From Corallococcus caeni (lineage in GTDB: Bacteria > Myxococcota > Myxococcia > Myxococcales > Myxococcaceae), in assembly GCF_036245885.1 (NCBI RefSeq), contig NZ_BTTX01000008.1: a DNA stretch of 64,000 nucleotides. One strand, given 5' to 3'. The notes beneath the pieces are model-generated. The model was given only the letters and a program-made list of their open reading frames with translations. It did not search any database and was not told the DNA's origin. Of this stretch, positions 48,035 to 57,427 are shown piece after piece. A program made the position numbers and the translations under genes. Each line of letters opens with the position of its first letter. Positions within the stretch are counted from its first letter, which is position 1.

Positions 48035-48222
48035 GGCCACTCCTGCGTAGGGGCTCGCTGCCTGCCTGCTTCCCGCAGGGCGGGAAAAAGTAAGGGTCAG
48101 CGGCCCATGTGACACAGGAAGTGTGGCGTCGACTGATTTTTGAGTCAACCCAAGATGACACCCCGCGTTGAGCAGCAGTCGAAAGCTGCCCTGCTCGAAC
48201 GCGGGATTTCGTCCTGGAACGC

Positions 48223-48918
48223 CTACTTCTTGGCCTTCTTCGCGGCCGGGAGGGACGCCGTCTTGGCGGCGGGCTTCTCCCGGGGTGCGGTCTTCTTGGA
48301 CGAGGCACCGGTGCGGGGCTCGTCCGCCTCCTCGTCGTCCTCGTCCTCGTCGCGGTCCCGCTCGGGGGCGGCCGGCGGGGCGCTGGCGGCGGCGTCCGGG
48401 GTGGCGGGGGCCGGGACGACCAGGCTCTCGCGGGGGACCTCCACCACGATGGGGGACTGGCCGGAGCGCTGCCGGTTCTCGTCCTCCAGCGAGTAGAAGA
48501 GCTGGATCTGCGAGCCGCCCTTCATGACGAGCTCGCCCTTCTGGTTCTCCGCCCAGAGGTCGATTTCGACGAAGTACCGGCCGCCGGAGCCGTGGCGGTC
48601 GCTCACGCGGCCCTTGCAGACCACGGTGTCGCCCGGCCACACCATCTTGATGAAGCGGACGTTGTAGCGCCGCAGCTGCCCGCCGCGCGCCCAGTCGCTG
48701 ATGAGCTGGCCGAGCATGCCCATGACGAGCATGCCCGGGGCGTAGACGGACGGCATGCCCACGCTCTTGGCGTACAGCTCGTCCACGTGCACGGGGTTGT
48801 AGTCGCCGGAGGCGCCCGCGTAGCGCGACAGCTGGACACGGTCCACCGGGGCCTTGGCCAGCGCCGGCAGCTCGTCACCAACGCGGATGGATTCGAAGTA
48901 GAGCTTGCGCGCGGGCAT
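48223..48918 (-). CDS. MaoC-like (R)-specific enoyl-CoA hydratase with a Lys/Ala/Pro-rich charged C-terminal tail
   Basis: Hot-dog fold motif DYNPVHVD...GMLVMG. The ~80-aa tail is DEDEDDEE...AKTASLPAAKKAKK. Confidence 0.75.
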   Translation of the reverse strand: MPARKLYFESIRVGDELPALAKAPVDRVQLSRYAGASGDYNPVHVDELYAKSVGMPSVYAPGMLVMGMLGQLISDWARGGQLRRYNVRFIKMVWPGDTVVCKGRVSDRHGSGGRYFVEIDLWAENQKGELVMKGGSQIQLFYSLEDENRQRSGQSPIVVEVPRESLVVPAPATPDAAASAPPAAPERDRDEDEDDEEADEPRTGASSKKTAPREKPAAKTASLPAAKKAKK

Positions 48919-49367
48919 CAGGCGTTCTCCTTGGCGGCACGCACCACGAGGGTCCGGCGGGCGCGGAAGACGAGGTTGCCCTCTTCGTCCCGGCCTTCGT
49001 CCTCGATGACCGCGATGTCCATCTTGCCGGACATGCCCGGCCGCTCGAAGACGTCCGACACGCGGGTGGACACGTAGATGCGATCCCCCGCGAAGATGGG
49101 CCGCTCGTAGTCGAAGCCCTGTTCGGCGTGCAGCAGGCTCTTGATGCCCACCCCCAGGAGTTCCCGGAGGTCCGCGGCGGAATGGAACGACGCGGGGAAC
49201 GTGGGCGGCGCGACGATGGTGGGGTAGCCCGAAGCACGGGCGTACTCCTCGTCGTAGTAGATGGGATTGTAATCGCCAATCGCCTCGGCGAAGCGCCGGA
49301 TGGCGCCCTTCTCCACCTCGTTGAGCGTCGGCGGCGAGGCGCGGCCAATCGCGTTCTTGTCCAGCAT
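48918..49367 (-). CDS. MaoC N-terminal-like hot-dog domain protein (FAS1-like dehydratase partner)
   Basis: DYNPIYYDEEYA motif; 149 aa; ATGA overlap with the downstream MaoC gene, typical of two-gene hydratase pairs. Confidence 0.7.
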   Translation of the reverse strand: MLDKNAIGRASPPTLNEVEKGAIRRFAEAIGDYNPIYYDEEYARASGYPTIVAPPTFPASFHSAADLRELLGVGIKSLLHAEQGFDYERPIFAGDRIYVSTRVSDVFERPGMSGKMDIAVIEDEGRDEEGNLVFRARRTLVVRAAKENA

Positions 49368-49387
49368 TTCCCTCTCCTGATGATCCT

Positions 49388-50389
49388 TCAGCGGCCTGCC
49401 GGAAGCTCGAGCACCGTCAGGAGCCCTGCCTCCGCGGCCGTCAAACGTGGCGCGGCATTCACCAGCGCGTTCGCGGTGGCCCGGTCACCCGCCACTCCCC
49501 CCGGTATTTCCAGCACCAGCCTGGGGTCCGCGTCGATCTCGATGCGATCCCGTGGGTTGTCCGCCCCTACCGCGATGGTCAGCTCCAGGCGGACCCGCTC
49601 CTGCCCCTCCTCCAAACCCACCACGGACTGGAACATGCCCGCGACGCGGCCTTTCTTCACGACAAATGCGCCGCCGGAGATCTCCTCCTCGGCGAAGACG
49701 GGCGCGACCTCCTCCTCGAAGTCGTCGCAGTCCAGCCCCAGCCCCAGCGCCGCCAGCGCCGCGGACTCAACCAGCCCCACGTGGCCCAGCTCCTCGCGGT
49801 CCACCAGGTCGAAGAACTCCTCCTCCGTCAGGCCCGCGCCCACCTTGCGCTGCAGGGCTTCACGGCGCGTCCGGGCGTCCACCACCCGGCTGGCCGTCAC
49901 CTTGCGCACGGGGCCGCACACCTGACCGGCGGTGGCCACCAGCCGGTCCAGCACGAAGCCGGGGTTCACGCCCGTGCCCACGATGGCGACGCCCGCCTTC
50001 TGCGCGGCGCGCTCCAGCTTCTCCGCCAGCTCCGGGTACTTGAGGTGCGGGAACGCCAGCTCCTCGCAGGTGCTGGCGACGGGCAGCCCCAGCTTCAGCG
50101 CGTCCAGCAGCTGATCCATCACCTGGGACAGCCGGGAGCTGGTGGCGTGCAGCACCACCACGCCCTTGCGGCGCCCCACGGCGCGCTCCAGCGTGTCCGC
50201 GACCTTGAAGCGCGGCCCGGCCAGCCCCAGCACGTCGCCCAGGGGACGGCCCACCAGGGAGGGCTGCGAGTCCACCGCGCCCATCAGCTCCACTTCGGGG
50301 GATGACAGGGCCGCCCTGGCAATCTCCTGCCCGATGAACCCCAGCCCCATCACCACCACCGGCACCGGCCCATCAGGGGCTCTAGCCAT
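49388..50389 (-). CDS. NAD(P)-binding DapB-N-like oxidoreductase (dihydrodipicolinate reductase-like / amine dehydrogenase family)
   Basis: N-terminal Rossmann motif VVVMGLGFIGQEIA. The length and C-terminal region resemble DapB-like proteins, not canonical DapB. Confidence 0.55.
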   Translation of the reverse strand: MARAPDGPVPVVVMGLGFIGQEIARAALSSPEVELMGAVDSQPSLVGRPLGDVLGLAGPRFKVADTLERAVGRRKGVVVLHATSSRLSQVMDQLLDALKLGLPVASTCEELAFPHLKYPELAEKLERAAQKAGVAIVGTGVNPGFVLDRLVATAGQVCGPVRKVTASRVVDARTRREALQRKVGAGLTEEEFFDLVDREELGHVGLVESAALAALGLGLDCDDFEEEVAPVFAEEEISGGAFVVKKGRVAGMFQSVVGLEEGQERVRLELTIAVGADNPRDRIEIDADPRLVLEIPGGVAGDRATANALVNAAPRLTAAEAGLLTVLELPAGR

Positions 50390-50636
50390 CGGAGATTGCT
50401 CCCGAATTCCAAGGGGTTACAGCCATTTACGTCGGGTAGACGGCCACCATAGAACACGGCTCGACAGGCAGGCAAGCAGGACGTGGAGTCCAGCGACCTC
50501 CGGGTTGAGCGAAACTTCAAGAATTCCGGTAGTTTAGCGGCACTGGAAAGCTTGGGGGGGCCTGTTTGGCCGCTCCTGGACCGGCTATAAGACTCTGAGA
50601 AAAGACGCAGCCCACTCGCTCGGAGCGTATCAGCCC

Positions 50637-51758
50637 ATGGCCCGAATCCTCGTGGTGGACGACGACGTGCTCATCCTCGCGGCGCTGTCCCGGATCCTCC
50701 AGGCGGAGGGTTACGAGGTCGTGATGCACAGCGACCCGGTGGTGGCGTCGCGGGAGCAGGGGTTCGACGTCGTCCTGACGGACTTCATGATGCCGTACCT
50801 CAACGGCATCGAGCTGTTGTCGGCGCTGCGGGAGAAGAACCCGCGCGCGGTGCGATTGATGTTGACGGCGGCGGCGGACTTCAAGGTCGCGTCGGAGGCG
50901 GTGAACCGGGGCGAGGTCTTCCGGCTGCTGGGCAAGCCGTGGGCCCTGAGCGAGCTGACGAGCAGCATCCGGCAGGCCTTCGAGCACCACCGGCTGGTGG
51001 CAGCCAACGAGCGGCTGACGCGCGAGGTCGCGGACAAGAACGCGGAGCTCCTGGCCATCAACATGGACCTGGAGCGCCGGGTCGTCGAGCGCACGACGGG
51101 GCTTCTGGACGGGCTCATCAGCGCGCTGGACTACCGGGACACGGAGACGCAGTGGCACTCGCGTCGCGTGTCGCTGTACGCGCGGCGGCTGGCGCAGGAG
51201 ATCGGCCTCAGCGGGCCGGCGCTGGACGTGGTGGAACAGGGCGCGCTCTTGCACGACATCGGGAAGATTGGCGTCCGGGACTCCATCCTGCTCAAGCCCG
51301 GGCCCCTCACGCCGGATGAGTGGGTGGAGATGAAGCAGCACCCGGAGTTCGGCTACCGGATGATGGCGAAGATGCCCTACCTGCACGAGGCGGCGCTCAT
51401 CGTCCTTCAGCACCAGGAGCGCTGGGACGGCAAGGGCTATCCGCTGGGGCTCAAGGGCGAGGAGATCGTCGTCGGCGCGCGCATCTTCTGTCTCGTGGAC
51501 ACGCTGGACGCCATCACCTCCGACCGGCCCTATCGCAAGGGGCGACCCATGAGCGTGGCGCGCGACGAGGTCCGCCGCTGCGCGGGCACGCAGTTCGATC
51601 CGGCGCTCGCGGAGGCGTTCCTCGGCCTGCCGGAGACGGAGTGGGCCCGCATCCGCCGCGAGGTGGAGCTGATGGAAGAAGCGGAGACCCACCGCTGGAC
51701 GGGCGGCAAGCTCAACGCCCAGGGCGAGCCGATGCCCGCGCGCGCCTCCGGGGCCTGA
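50637..51758 (+). CDS. Response regulator with HD-GYP domain (predicted c-di-GMP phosphodiesterase)
   Basis: Receiver ILVVDDD...VVLTDFMMP...LGKP. HD-GYP domain with HDIGKIG and the GYP motif in WDGKGYPLGL. Confidence 0.8.
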   Translation: MARILVVDDDVLILAALSRILQAEGYEVVMHSDPVVASREQGFDVVLTDFMMPYLNGIELLSALREKNPRAVRLMLTAAADFKVASEAVNRGEVFRLLGKPWALSELTSSIRQAFEHHRLVAANERLTREVADKNAELLAINMDLERRVVERTTGLLDGLISALDYRDTETQWHSRRVSLYARRLAQEIGLSGPALDVVEQGALLHDIGKIGVRDSILLKPGPLTPDEWVEMKQHPEFGYRMMAKMPYLHEAALIVLQHQERWDGKGYPLGLKGEEIVVGARIFCLVDTLDAITSDRPYRKGRPMSVARDEVRRCAGTQFDPALAEAFLGLPETEWARIRREVELMEEAETHRWTGGKLNAQGEPMPARASGA

Positions 51759-51775
51759 CGCGCGAGGGGGCTTTT

Positions 51776-53908
51776 TCAGGGGGCGCGGGTTCCGACGACG
51801 ACGTCGTCGATGACCGTGCCCTCCAGCAGCGCGTCCACGACGTCCATGCCGCTGACGACTTCGCCGAAGGCCGTGTAGCGGCCGTCCAGGTGCGGCTGCG
51901 GTGAGTGGGTGAAGAAGAACTGGCTGCCGCCGGTGTCCTTGCCCGACAGCGCCATCCCCACCGTGCCCCGTGCATACGGCCGGCGCGTCATCTCACAGCG
52001 GATGGAGTGCCCGGGACCGCCCTCCCCGTCTCCGCGCGGGTCTCCGCCCTGCGCGACGAAGTCCGGCACCACGCGGTGGAAGGTGATGCCCCGGAAGTAG
52101 CCCTGCTTCGCGAGCGCCACCAGGTTGCCGCCCGTGAGCGGCGCGTCCGGATCCAACAGGACGGTGATGTCGCCCTTGCGCGTGCGCAGCGTGAGCGTCG
52201 TCCCCGCGGGCGCTGCCGGCGGACGGTAGGTGTCCGCGGGCAGCTCCACGCGCGCGGAGCGGACGGGCGTGCCGGTGAGCGTGGTGAGGGACTCGGCCGC
52301 GACCCGGCGCACGTTGGCGTGCGGATGGGTCAGCCATTCGCGCAGGCGTGGCTCCGCCGCGCGGCCCTGCAACGCGACGAGCGCGCCGGCCACCGCCTCC
52401 GCCAGGTCCGGCTCCTTGGGAACGCGCTCGGCCAGGGCCTCCAATGCGGGCAGCGCCGCGGCGTCCTTCAGCTTGCCAGCGGTGGCCGCGGCGAGCCCCG
52501 CCACCACCGCGTCGCCTCCCCCGATGAGCGCGCGCACGGGCGCCATCGCTTCGGGGACGGGGCGCTCGGAGAGGGCGTCCAGCGCGGCGCCACGCACGAG
52601 GGGACTGGCGTGGTTCAGGTAGGGCACCGCGAACGCCGCGCCAGGCACCGCGGGGCTGGCCTCGCCCGGCTTCGATGCCGTGGTGGGCGCTCCCTTGAAC
52701 TGGGCCACCTCATGGAGTCCGAGGGCAAGCCATCGGGCTTCGGGCACGCGGCCGTAGCCGCACTGGAACACCTGCTCCAACGAGCCCTGCTGCCGGTCCA
52801 TCGCCGCCGCGAACCGGCAGTCCAGCCAGGCGAGGTCCGCGTGCGCTTCGTCGGACACGGCAGTGCGGTCGGCTTCCGCGAGGGCCTTCCTCAGGCGCGA
52901 CAACACCGGACGGCCCTGGAGCGGAAGGCCCTGCTGCGCCACCGCCAGCAACGCATGGCCCTGCGCCGCCTTCCCTTCCGCGACCCGCTTCGCCAGGTGC
53001 GCCTGGCCTTCCAGGGCCAGGAGCGGAGCGCAGGACGCGCCGGGCGCGCACTTCGCCGCGAGCTTCGCCAGCGCCCGCGCCGCCTCCGCCGACACGCGCG
53101 GCGTGGCGTCCCCCAGCATCAGGTTCAGCCCCAGCGTGTCGCTGGGGCTGCCCACGTCGCCCAGGCCCTTCACGCAGAGGGCCATCACATCCGGATGGGC
53201 GTTGGACAGACACGCGCGCAGCGCCTCCACGGCGTCCGGCCGCTTCGACGCCGCCAGGAGGTACGCCCCGGCGAGGTTCACCTCGATCCGCTCACGGGGC
53301 TTCAACAGCGCGCGGATCGCCTCCAGCGGAACGTTCGCCACCGCCGGCGCGCCGGCCTTGCGCGCCGCCACGCCCAGCGCCGTCGCCGCGGCCTCGGACC
53401 ACGGGCCTTCGGCTGGAGACAGCCGGGCCGTCAGCACCTCCACCGCGTCAGGCGTGGCCAGCTTGCCCAACGACTCCAGCAGCGTGATGCGCACATCGCC
53501 ATCCGCTTCCGCGGCCTCGGCGCGCACCAGCGCGGCGGTCAGCGCCGTCCGAGCGTCCTCCGGCAGCGGCTCCCACGACTGCGCCAGCTCGCCCGCGGCG
53601 AAGGCGGCCTCGTCGCGCACGGCCTTGTCCGGCGCCGTCAGCCCGGCGACGACGGCCTCCAGCGTCTCCACGTCCTGGATGCGCGCCAGGGCACGCAGGG
53701 CACGCACGCGCACGCTCACCTCCGGCGCGGCGGTGGCGAGCCGCACGAGCTCACCGCCTCCCAGCGAGCGGCGGTCCTCCCAATCCTGGATGCGCGCCCG
53801 CACCTGGGCAGGCGGCTCCTGCGGCGGCGGCGCGGGCGGCGGCACCGTGTGGACACAGGCGCTCACGAGGAGGAATCCGGCGGACACTGCGGCGGGCAGG
53901 CGGGCCAT
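51776..53908 (-). CDS. Secreted or lipoprotein HEAT-repeat protein with a C-terminal cyclophilin-type peptidyl-prolyl isomerase
   Basis: Signal peptide with possible lipobox MARLPAAVSAGFLLVSAC. About 500 aa of HEAT/ARM-like repeats. C-terminal cyclophilin motifs FHRVVPDFVAQGGDP...GTVGMALSG...GSQFFFT. Confidence 0.7.
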   Translation of the reverse strand: MARLPAAVSAGFLLVSACVHTVPPPAPPPQEPPAQVRARIQDWEDRRSLGGGELVRLATAAPEVSVRVRALRALARIQDVETLEAVVAGLTAPDKAVRDEAAFAAGELAQSWEPLPEDARTALTAALVRAEAAEADGDVRITLLESLGKLATPDAVEVLTARLSPAEGPWSEAAATALGVAARKAGAPAVANVPLEAIRALLKPRERIEVNLAGAYLLAASKRPDAVEALRACLSNAHPDVMALCVKGLGDVGSPSDTLGLNLMLGDATPRVSAEAARALAKLAAKCAPGASCAPLLALEGQAHLAKRVAEGKAAQGHALLAVAQQGLPLQGRPVLSRLRKALAEADRTAVSDEAHADLAWLDCRFAAAMDRQQGSLEQVFQCGYGRVPEARWLALGLHEVAQFKGAPTTASKPGEASPAVPGAAFAVPYLNHASPLVRGAALDALSERPVPEAMAPVRALIGGGDAVVAGLAAATAGKLKDAAALPALEALAERVPKEPDLAEAVAGALVALQGRAAEPRLREWLTHPHANVRRVAAESLTTLTGTPVRSARVELPADTYRPPAAPAGTTLTLRTRKGDITVLLDPDAPLTGGNLVALAKQGYFRGITFHRVVPDFVAQGGDPRGDGEGGPGHSIRCEMTRRPYARGTVGMALSGKDTGGSQFFFTHSPQPHLDGRYTAFGEVVSGMDVVDALLEGTVIDDVVVGTRAP

Positions 53909-54030
53909 GGCAGCGGGGCTAGGTCAATTCCCCGCGAAAATCCAGGGGTTATGGCGCTGAACAGGTTTGACAGCCGCGCGCCGGGGCCGGGAAGATATCG
54001 CGCCGTTTCCCCCCTCCCGGAGCACCGGCC

Positions 54031-54975
54031 CTGAACTGCCCAGGCTGCAATCGCAAGGTCGCGGACGACACCGCCATCTGCCCCAACTGCGACTACATCA
54101 TCGACCAGTCCTTCCTTGGGGGAGCCGGGGACGAGGGGGACTCCGGCGATGACGAGAGCACCGGGGTCGGACCTCCGCCGCGCTCGCGTCCGCCCGCGGC
54201 CCGCGCCGCGCCAGAGCCCCGTGCACGCCCTGCCCCGGCCCGCGCCAAGACGGGCCCCCGCCCCGCCGCGCCTCCTCCGAGCGACGACGCCACCAACGTG
54301 CGCAGCATGGAGGACATCGCCCGGGAGAAGGCCCAGCGTCCCCCGTCGCGCGCGGGCAGCGGCGCGGCCAAGGCCGCTCCCGCACGGGCACCGGCCGCCC
54401 GCCGCGCCCCGGCCCCCGCGCCCATCGAAGAGGAGGACGACTCCGGCGACGCCGTGGCGGATCCCTGGTCCCGCGAGGCGCGCGAGCTGGAGTCCCCCCG
54501 CTCGCCCATTGATGATCCGGAGGTCCTGCTGGACGACGCGCGCTCGTTCCTGCGCGAGCTGGAGGGCGGCGACCGCATCGCGTTCTGGGGCGCGACGCTG
54601 GTGGTGCTCTCCTGCTTCATCCCGTGGAAGGAGACGGCGGCGGACGGCGACTTCCTGGGCCTCATCAGCCTGGGGTTCATCTCCTTCCTCTTCGCCATCG
54701 CGACCATGGTCTTCGTGGGCCTGCGCGCGCGTCAGGTGATGACCTGGGTGAACCCCATGCTGCCGTGGGGCGCTCAGATGGTCTGCAGCGTGGTGACGCT
54801 CGTGTGGTCGCTGGTGTTCCTGAAGCTCTCCTCGGACACCACCCTGGTGCCGTCGCCGCTCGGCAACTCGGAGATGATGAACTCGTCGCCGAGCATCGGC
54901 TGCTTCCTGGGCATCCTCGGCGGCGTCATCGCGGTGCTGGGTGGACTGATGGGGCTGAAGCGCCAGCAGGAGTAG
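54031..54975 (+). CDS. Zinc-ribbon membrane protein: N-terminal CPGC-x13-CPNC ribbon, acidic/Pro-rich linker, C-terminal 4-TM domain
   Basis: The frame is open from 53971. The zinc ribbon NCPGCNRKVADDTAICPNCDYII lies upstream of the first canonical start (GTG 54298 or ATG 54307). Only a CTG at 54031 is available, so the start is unresolved. The C-terminal TM region is clear. Confidence 0.5.
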   Translation: MNCPGCNRKVADDTAICPNCDYIIDQSFLGGAGDEGDSGDDESTGVGPPPRSRPPAARAAPEPRARPAPARAKTGPRPAAPPPSDDATNVRSMEDIAREKAQRPPSRAGSGAAKAAPARAPAARRAPAPAPIEEEDDSGDAVADPWSREARELESPRSPIDDPEVLLDDARSFLRELEGGDRIAFWGATLVVLSCFIPWKETAADGDFLGLISLGFISFLFAIATMVFVGLRARQVMTWVNPMLPWGAQMVCSVVTLVWSLVFLKLSSDTTLVPSPLGNSEMMNSSPSIGCFLGILGGVIAVLGGLMGLKRQQE

Positions 54976-55032
54976 GCCCCAAGGATTTCGCTGCCTCGCT
55001 GGACGGGAGGCGGGCTACCGTCGCCGGCCACC

Positions 55033-55968
55033 ATGTCCGACGCCACGCCCCTCTCCCGCCTCCTCGACGCGCTGGGCTCGGCCGTCGTGGGCCAGCCCCG
55101 CGTGCTGGCCGACCTGGTGACGGCCTTCCTCGCGCGCGGCCACGTGCTGCTGGAGGGCGTGCCCGGCGTCGCCAAGACGCTCACCGCGCGCAGCATGGCG
55201 GGGGCGCTGGGCCTGTCCTTCTCCCGCGTGCAGTTCACGCCGGACCTGATGCCCGCGGACATCCTGGGCACCAACGTCTTCCAGCCGCAGTCGCAGGCCT
55301 TCCGCCTGATGAAGGGCCCCGTCTTCACGGAGGTCCTGGTCGCGGATGAGATCAACCGCACCCCGCCCAAGACGCAGGCCGCGCTCCTGGAAGCCATGGA
55401 GGAGCGGCAGGTCACCATCGACGGCGTCACGCACGCGCTGCCGCCGCACTTCTTCGTCGTCGCCACTCAGAACCCGCTGGAGCTGGAGGGCACCTATCCG
55501 CTCCCCGAGGCCCAGCTCGACCGCTTCCTCATGCGCGTGCGCGTGGGCTACCCGGACGGGGACTCGGAGACGGCGCTGCTCCGTGCCTTCCACCAGCGCG
55601 AGGGCCGCCCGCCCGGCGTGTCCCGCGTGCTGGACGCCGCCACGTTGACGGAGCTGCAGGACCGCGCGGCCCGCGTCGCGTGCGACGACTCCATCCTCCA
55701 GTACGTCGTGCAGCTGGTGCGCGACACCCGCGCCCACCCCCGCGTGCGGCTGGGCGCGAGCCCCCGCGCCGCGCAGGCCCTGCTCGCGGCGGCCAAGGCG
55801 GCCGCGGCGCTGCGGGGCACCGACTTCGTCACCCCGGACGACGTGAAGGCCGTCACGCCTGGCGTCCTCAACCACCGCCTCCTCCTCAAGGCCGAGGCGG
55901 AGGTGGAGGGCGTCACCGCGGACGACGTGCTCAAGCAGATGCTCGAACGGGTGCGAGTGCCCCGGTGA
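55033..55968 (+). CDS. MoxR-family AAA+ ATPase
   Basis: Walker [12 protein letters not shown], Walker [10 protein letters not shown], sensor motifs, and the MoxR C-terminal lid. 311 aa. Confidence 0.85.
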   Translation: MSDATPLSRLLDALGSAVVGQPRVLADLVTAFLARGHVLLEGVPGVAKTLTARSMAGALGLSFSRVQFTPDLMPADILGTNVFQPQSQAFRLMKGPVFTEVLVADEINRTPPKTQAALLEAMEERQVTIDGVTHALPPHFFVVATQNPLELEGTYPLPEAQLDRFLMRVRVGYPDGDSETALLRAFHQREGRPPGVSRVLDAATLTELQDRAARVACDDSILQYVVQLVRDTRAHPRVRLGASPRAAQALLAAAKAAAALRGTDFVTPDDVKAVTPGVLNHRLLLKAEAEVEGVTADDVLKQMLERVRVPR

Positions 55969-57293
55969 GCCTCGGGCGTCCCGTCCCCAGCGGCCTCGCC
56001 GTGGCGCTGTTCGCCGGGGCGCTCGTGCCCGCCGCGCTCGCGGTGGCGAGCCCCGCCTTCGGGTGGCTGGCGCTCGCGGTGGACGTGGCCGTCCTGCTGC
56101 TGTGCGCGGTGGACTTCCTGCGCGCGCCCCGTGCCCACGACCTGGAGGCGCGCCGCGAGGTGGAGCCCATCCTCTCCTCCGGCGTGGACAACCCCGTGCG
56201 CTGGGAGCTGCGTTCGCGCACGGACCGGCCGGTGCGCGGAGAGCTGCGCGACGAGCCGCCCCTGGCCGTGGAGAGCCACGGCCACCGGCAGCCCTTCACG
56301 CTGGAGGCTGGCGGCGCATCCACGCGGCTGACGTACCGCGTGCGTCCTCCCGCTCGTGGCGACGCGCGCTTCGGCGACGTGAACCTGCGCCTGATGGGCC
56401 CGCTGGGCCTGTGCTCGCGGCAGGTGAAGCTGCCCGCGGCCCGCGACGTGAAGGTGTATCCGGACCTGAGCGCCCTGTCGCGCGAGGCGCTGACGCTGGC
56501 GCGCGCGTCGGAGGCCGTGTCCGCGCGCACGCTCCTGCGCAAGTCGGTGGAGGGCCGCGAGTTCGAATCGCTGCGCGAGTACCGCCCCGGCGACGACTAC
56601 CGGCACATCGACTGGAAGTCCTCCGCGCGCCATGGCCGCACGCTGGTGCGCACGTGGCAGCCGGAGCGCAACCAGCCGGTGCTGCTGCTATTGGACTGCG
56701 GCCGTCACATGGCGGGCCGGGTGCAGGGGCGCAGGAAGCTGGACCACGCGGTGGACGCGGCGCTGCGGCTGGCGCGCGTGAGCCTGGACGCGGGGGACGT
56801 GGTGGGCGTGCTCGCGTTCGCCAGCGACGTGCGCGCCTTCCTGCCTCCGCGCAAGGGCGCGGAGCACCTGCGCCTCATCACCGAGTCGCTCTACCGCGCG
56901 GAGGCCGGCCTGGAGGAGAGCGACTACGGCCGCGCGTTCGACTTCGCGTTCGCCCGCCAGACGCGCCGCGCGCTGGTGGTGCTCTTCACCGACCTGGTGG
57001 ATCCGGACGCGTCCGCCGCGCTCCTCACGCGCACGCTGGCCCTGCGCCCCCGGCACCTGCCCGTCGTCGCGTCGCTGCTGGACGAGGACCTGGAGGCCGC
57101 CGCCACCGACGTGCCCGGCGACGCCCCTTCCGCCTACGCGCGCCAGGCCGCCGCCCGCATGGAGGCCGAGTACCGCCGCACCGCCACCACGCTGCGCGAC
57201 GCGGGGGCGCTGGTGGTGCGCGCACCGGCACGGGGCTTCGGCGCCGCTGCACTCAACGTGTACCTGGACGTGAAGGCGCGCGGGCGGCTCTGA
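55965..57293 (+). CDS. DUF58 (vWA-like) protein, the usual partner of MoxR ATPases
   Basis: Conserved DUF58 core [32 protein letters not shown] and a vWA-like region ([10 protein letters not shown]). The GTG start at 55965 overlaps the moxR stop (GTGA). Two N-terminal TM helices. Confidence 0.75.
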   Translation: MSLGRPVPSGLAVALFAGALVPAALAVASPAFGWLALAVDVAVLLLCAVDFLRAPRAHDLEARREVEPILSSGVDNPVRWELRSRTDRPVRGELRDEPPLAVESHGHRQPFTLEAGGASTRLTYRVRPPARGDARFGDVNLRLMGPLGLCSRQVKLPAARDVKVYPDLSALSREALTLARASEAVSARTLLRKSVEGREFESLREYRPGDDYRHIDWKSSARHGRTLVRTWQPERNQPVLLLLDCGRHMAGRVQGRRKLDHAVDAALRLARVSLDAGDVVGVLAFASDVRAFLPPRKGAEHLRLITESLYRAEAGLEESDYGRAFDFAFARQTRRALVVLFTDLVDPDASAALLTRTLALRPRHLPVVASLLDEDLEAAATDVPGDAPSAYARQAAARMEAEYRRTATTLRDAGALVVRAPARGFGAAALNVYLDVKARGRL

Positions 57294-57427
57294 GGAGTCC
57301 TGTCGCATTCGTCAAGCCTTTTGGAACACTCCGGTGCACGCGCACGCGCGTGGCGTTTCGCCGAACGCCACGCTTGCCAATCGCGCGGAGGCCGAGTTTT
57401 CGGCCTCGCGGAGGACCCCCTTTACAG

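Noticed and set aside
46148-48112. 654-aa plus-strand ORF opposite fadE, and extension of fadE to 48640
   Set aside because: The acyl-CoA dehydrogenase motifs are on the minus strand. The minus-strand ORF upstream of ATG 48034 is Arg/Gly/Pro-rich with no ACAD homology.
56063-57427. Fusion of the SNF2 helicase ORF to 455 upstream codons (ORF 56063..60256)
   Set aside because: The upstream part is in a different frame from the well-supported DUF58 gene and is low in complexity. The helicase starts at ATG 57428, just before its first helicase motifs.
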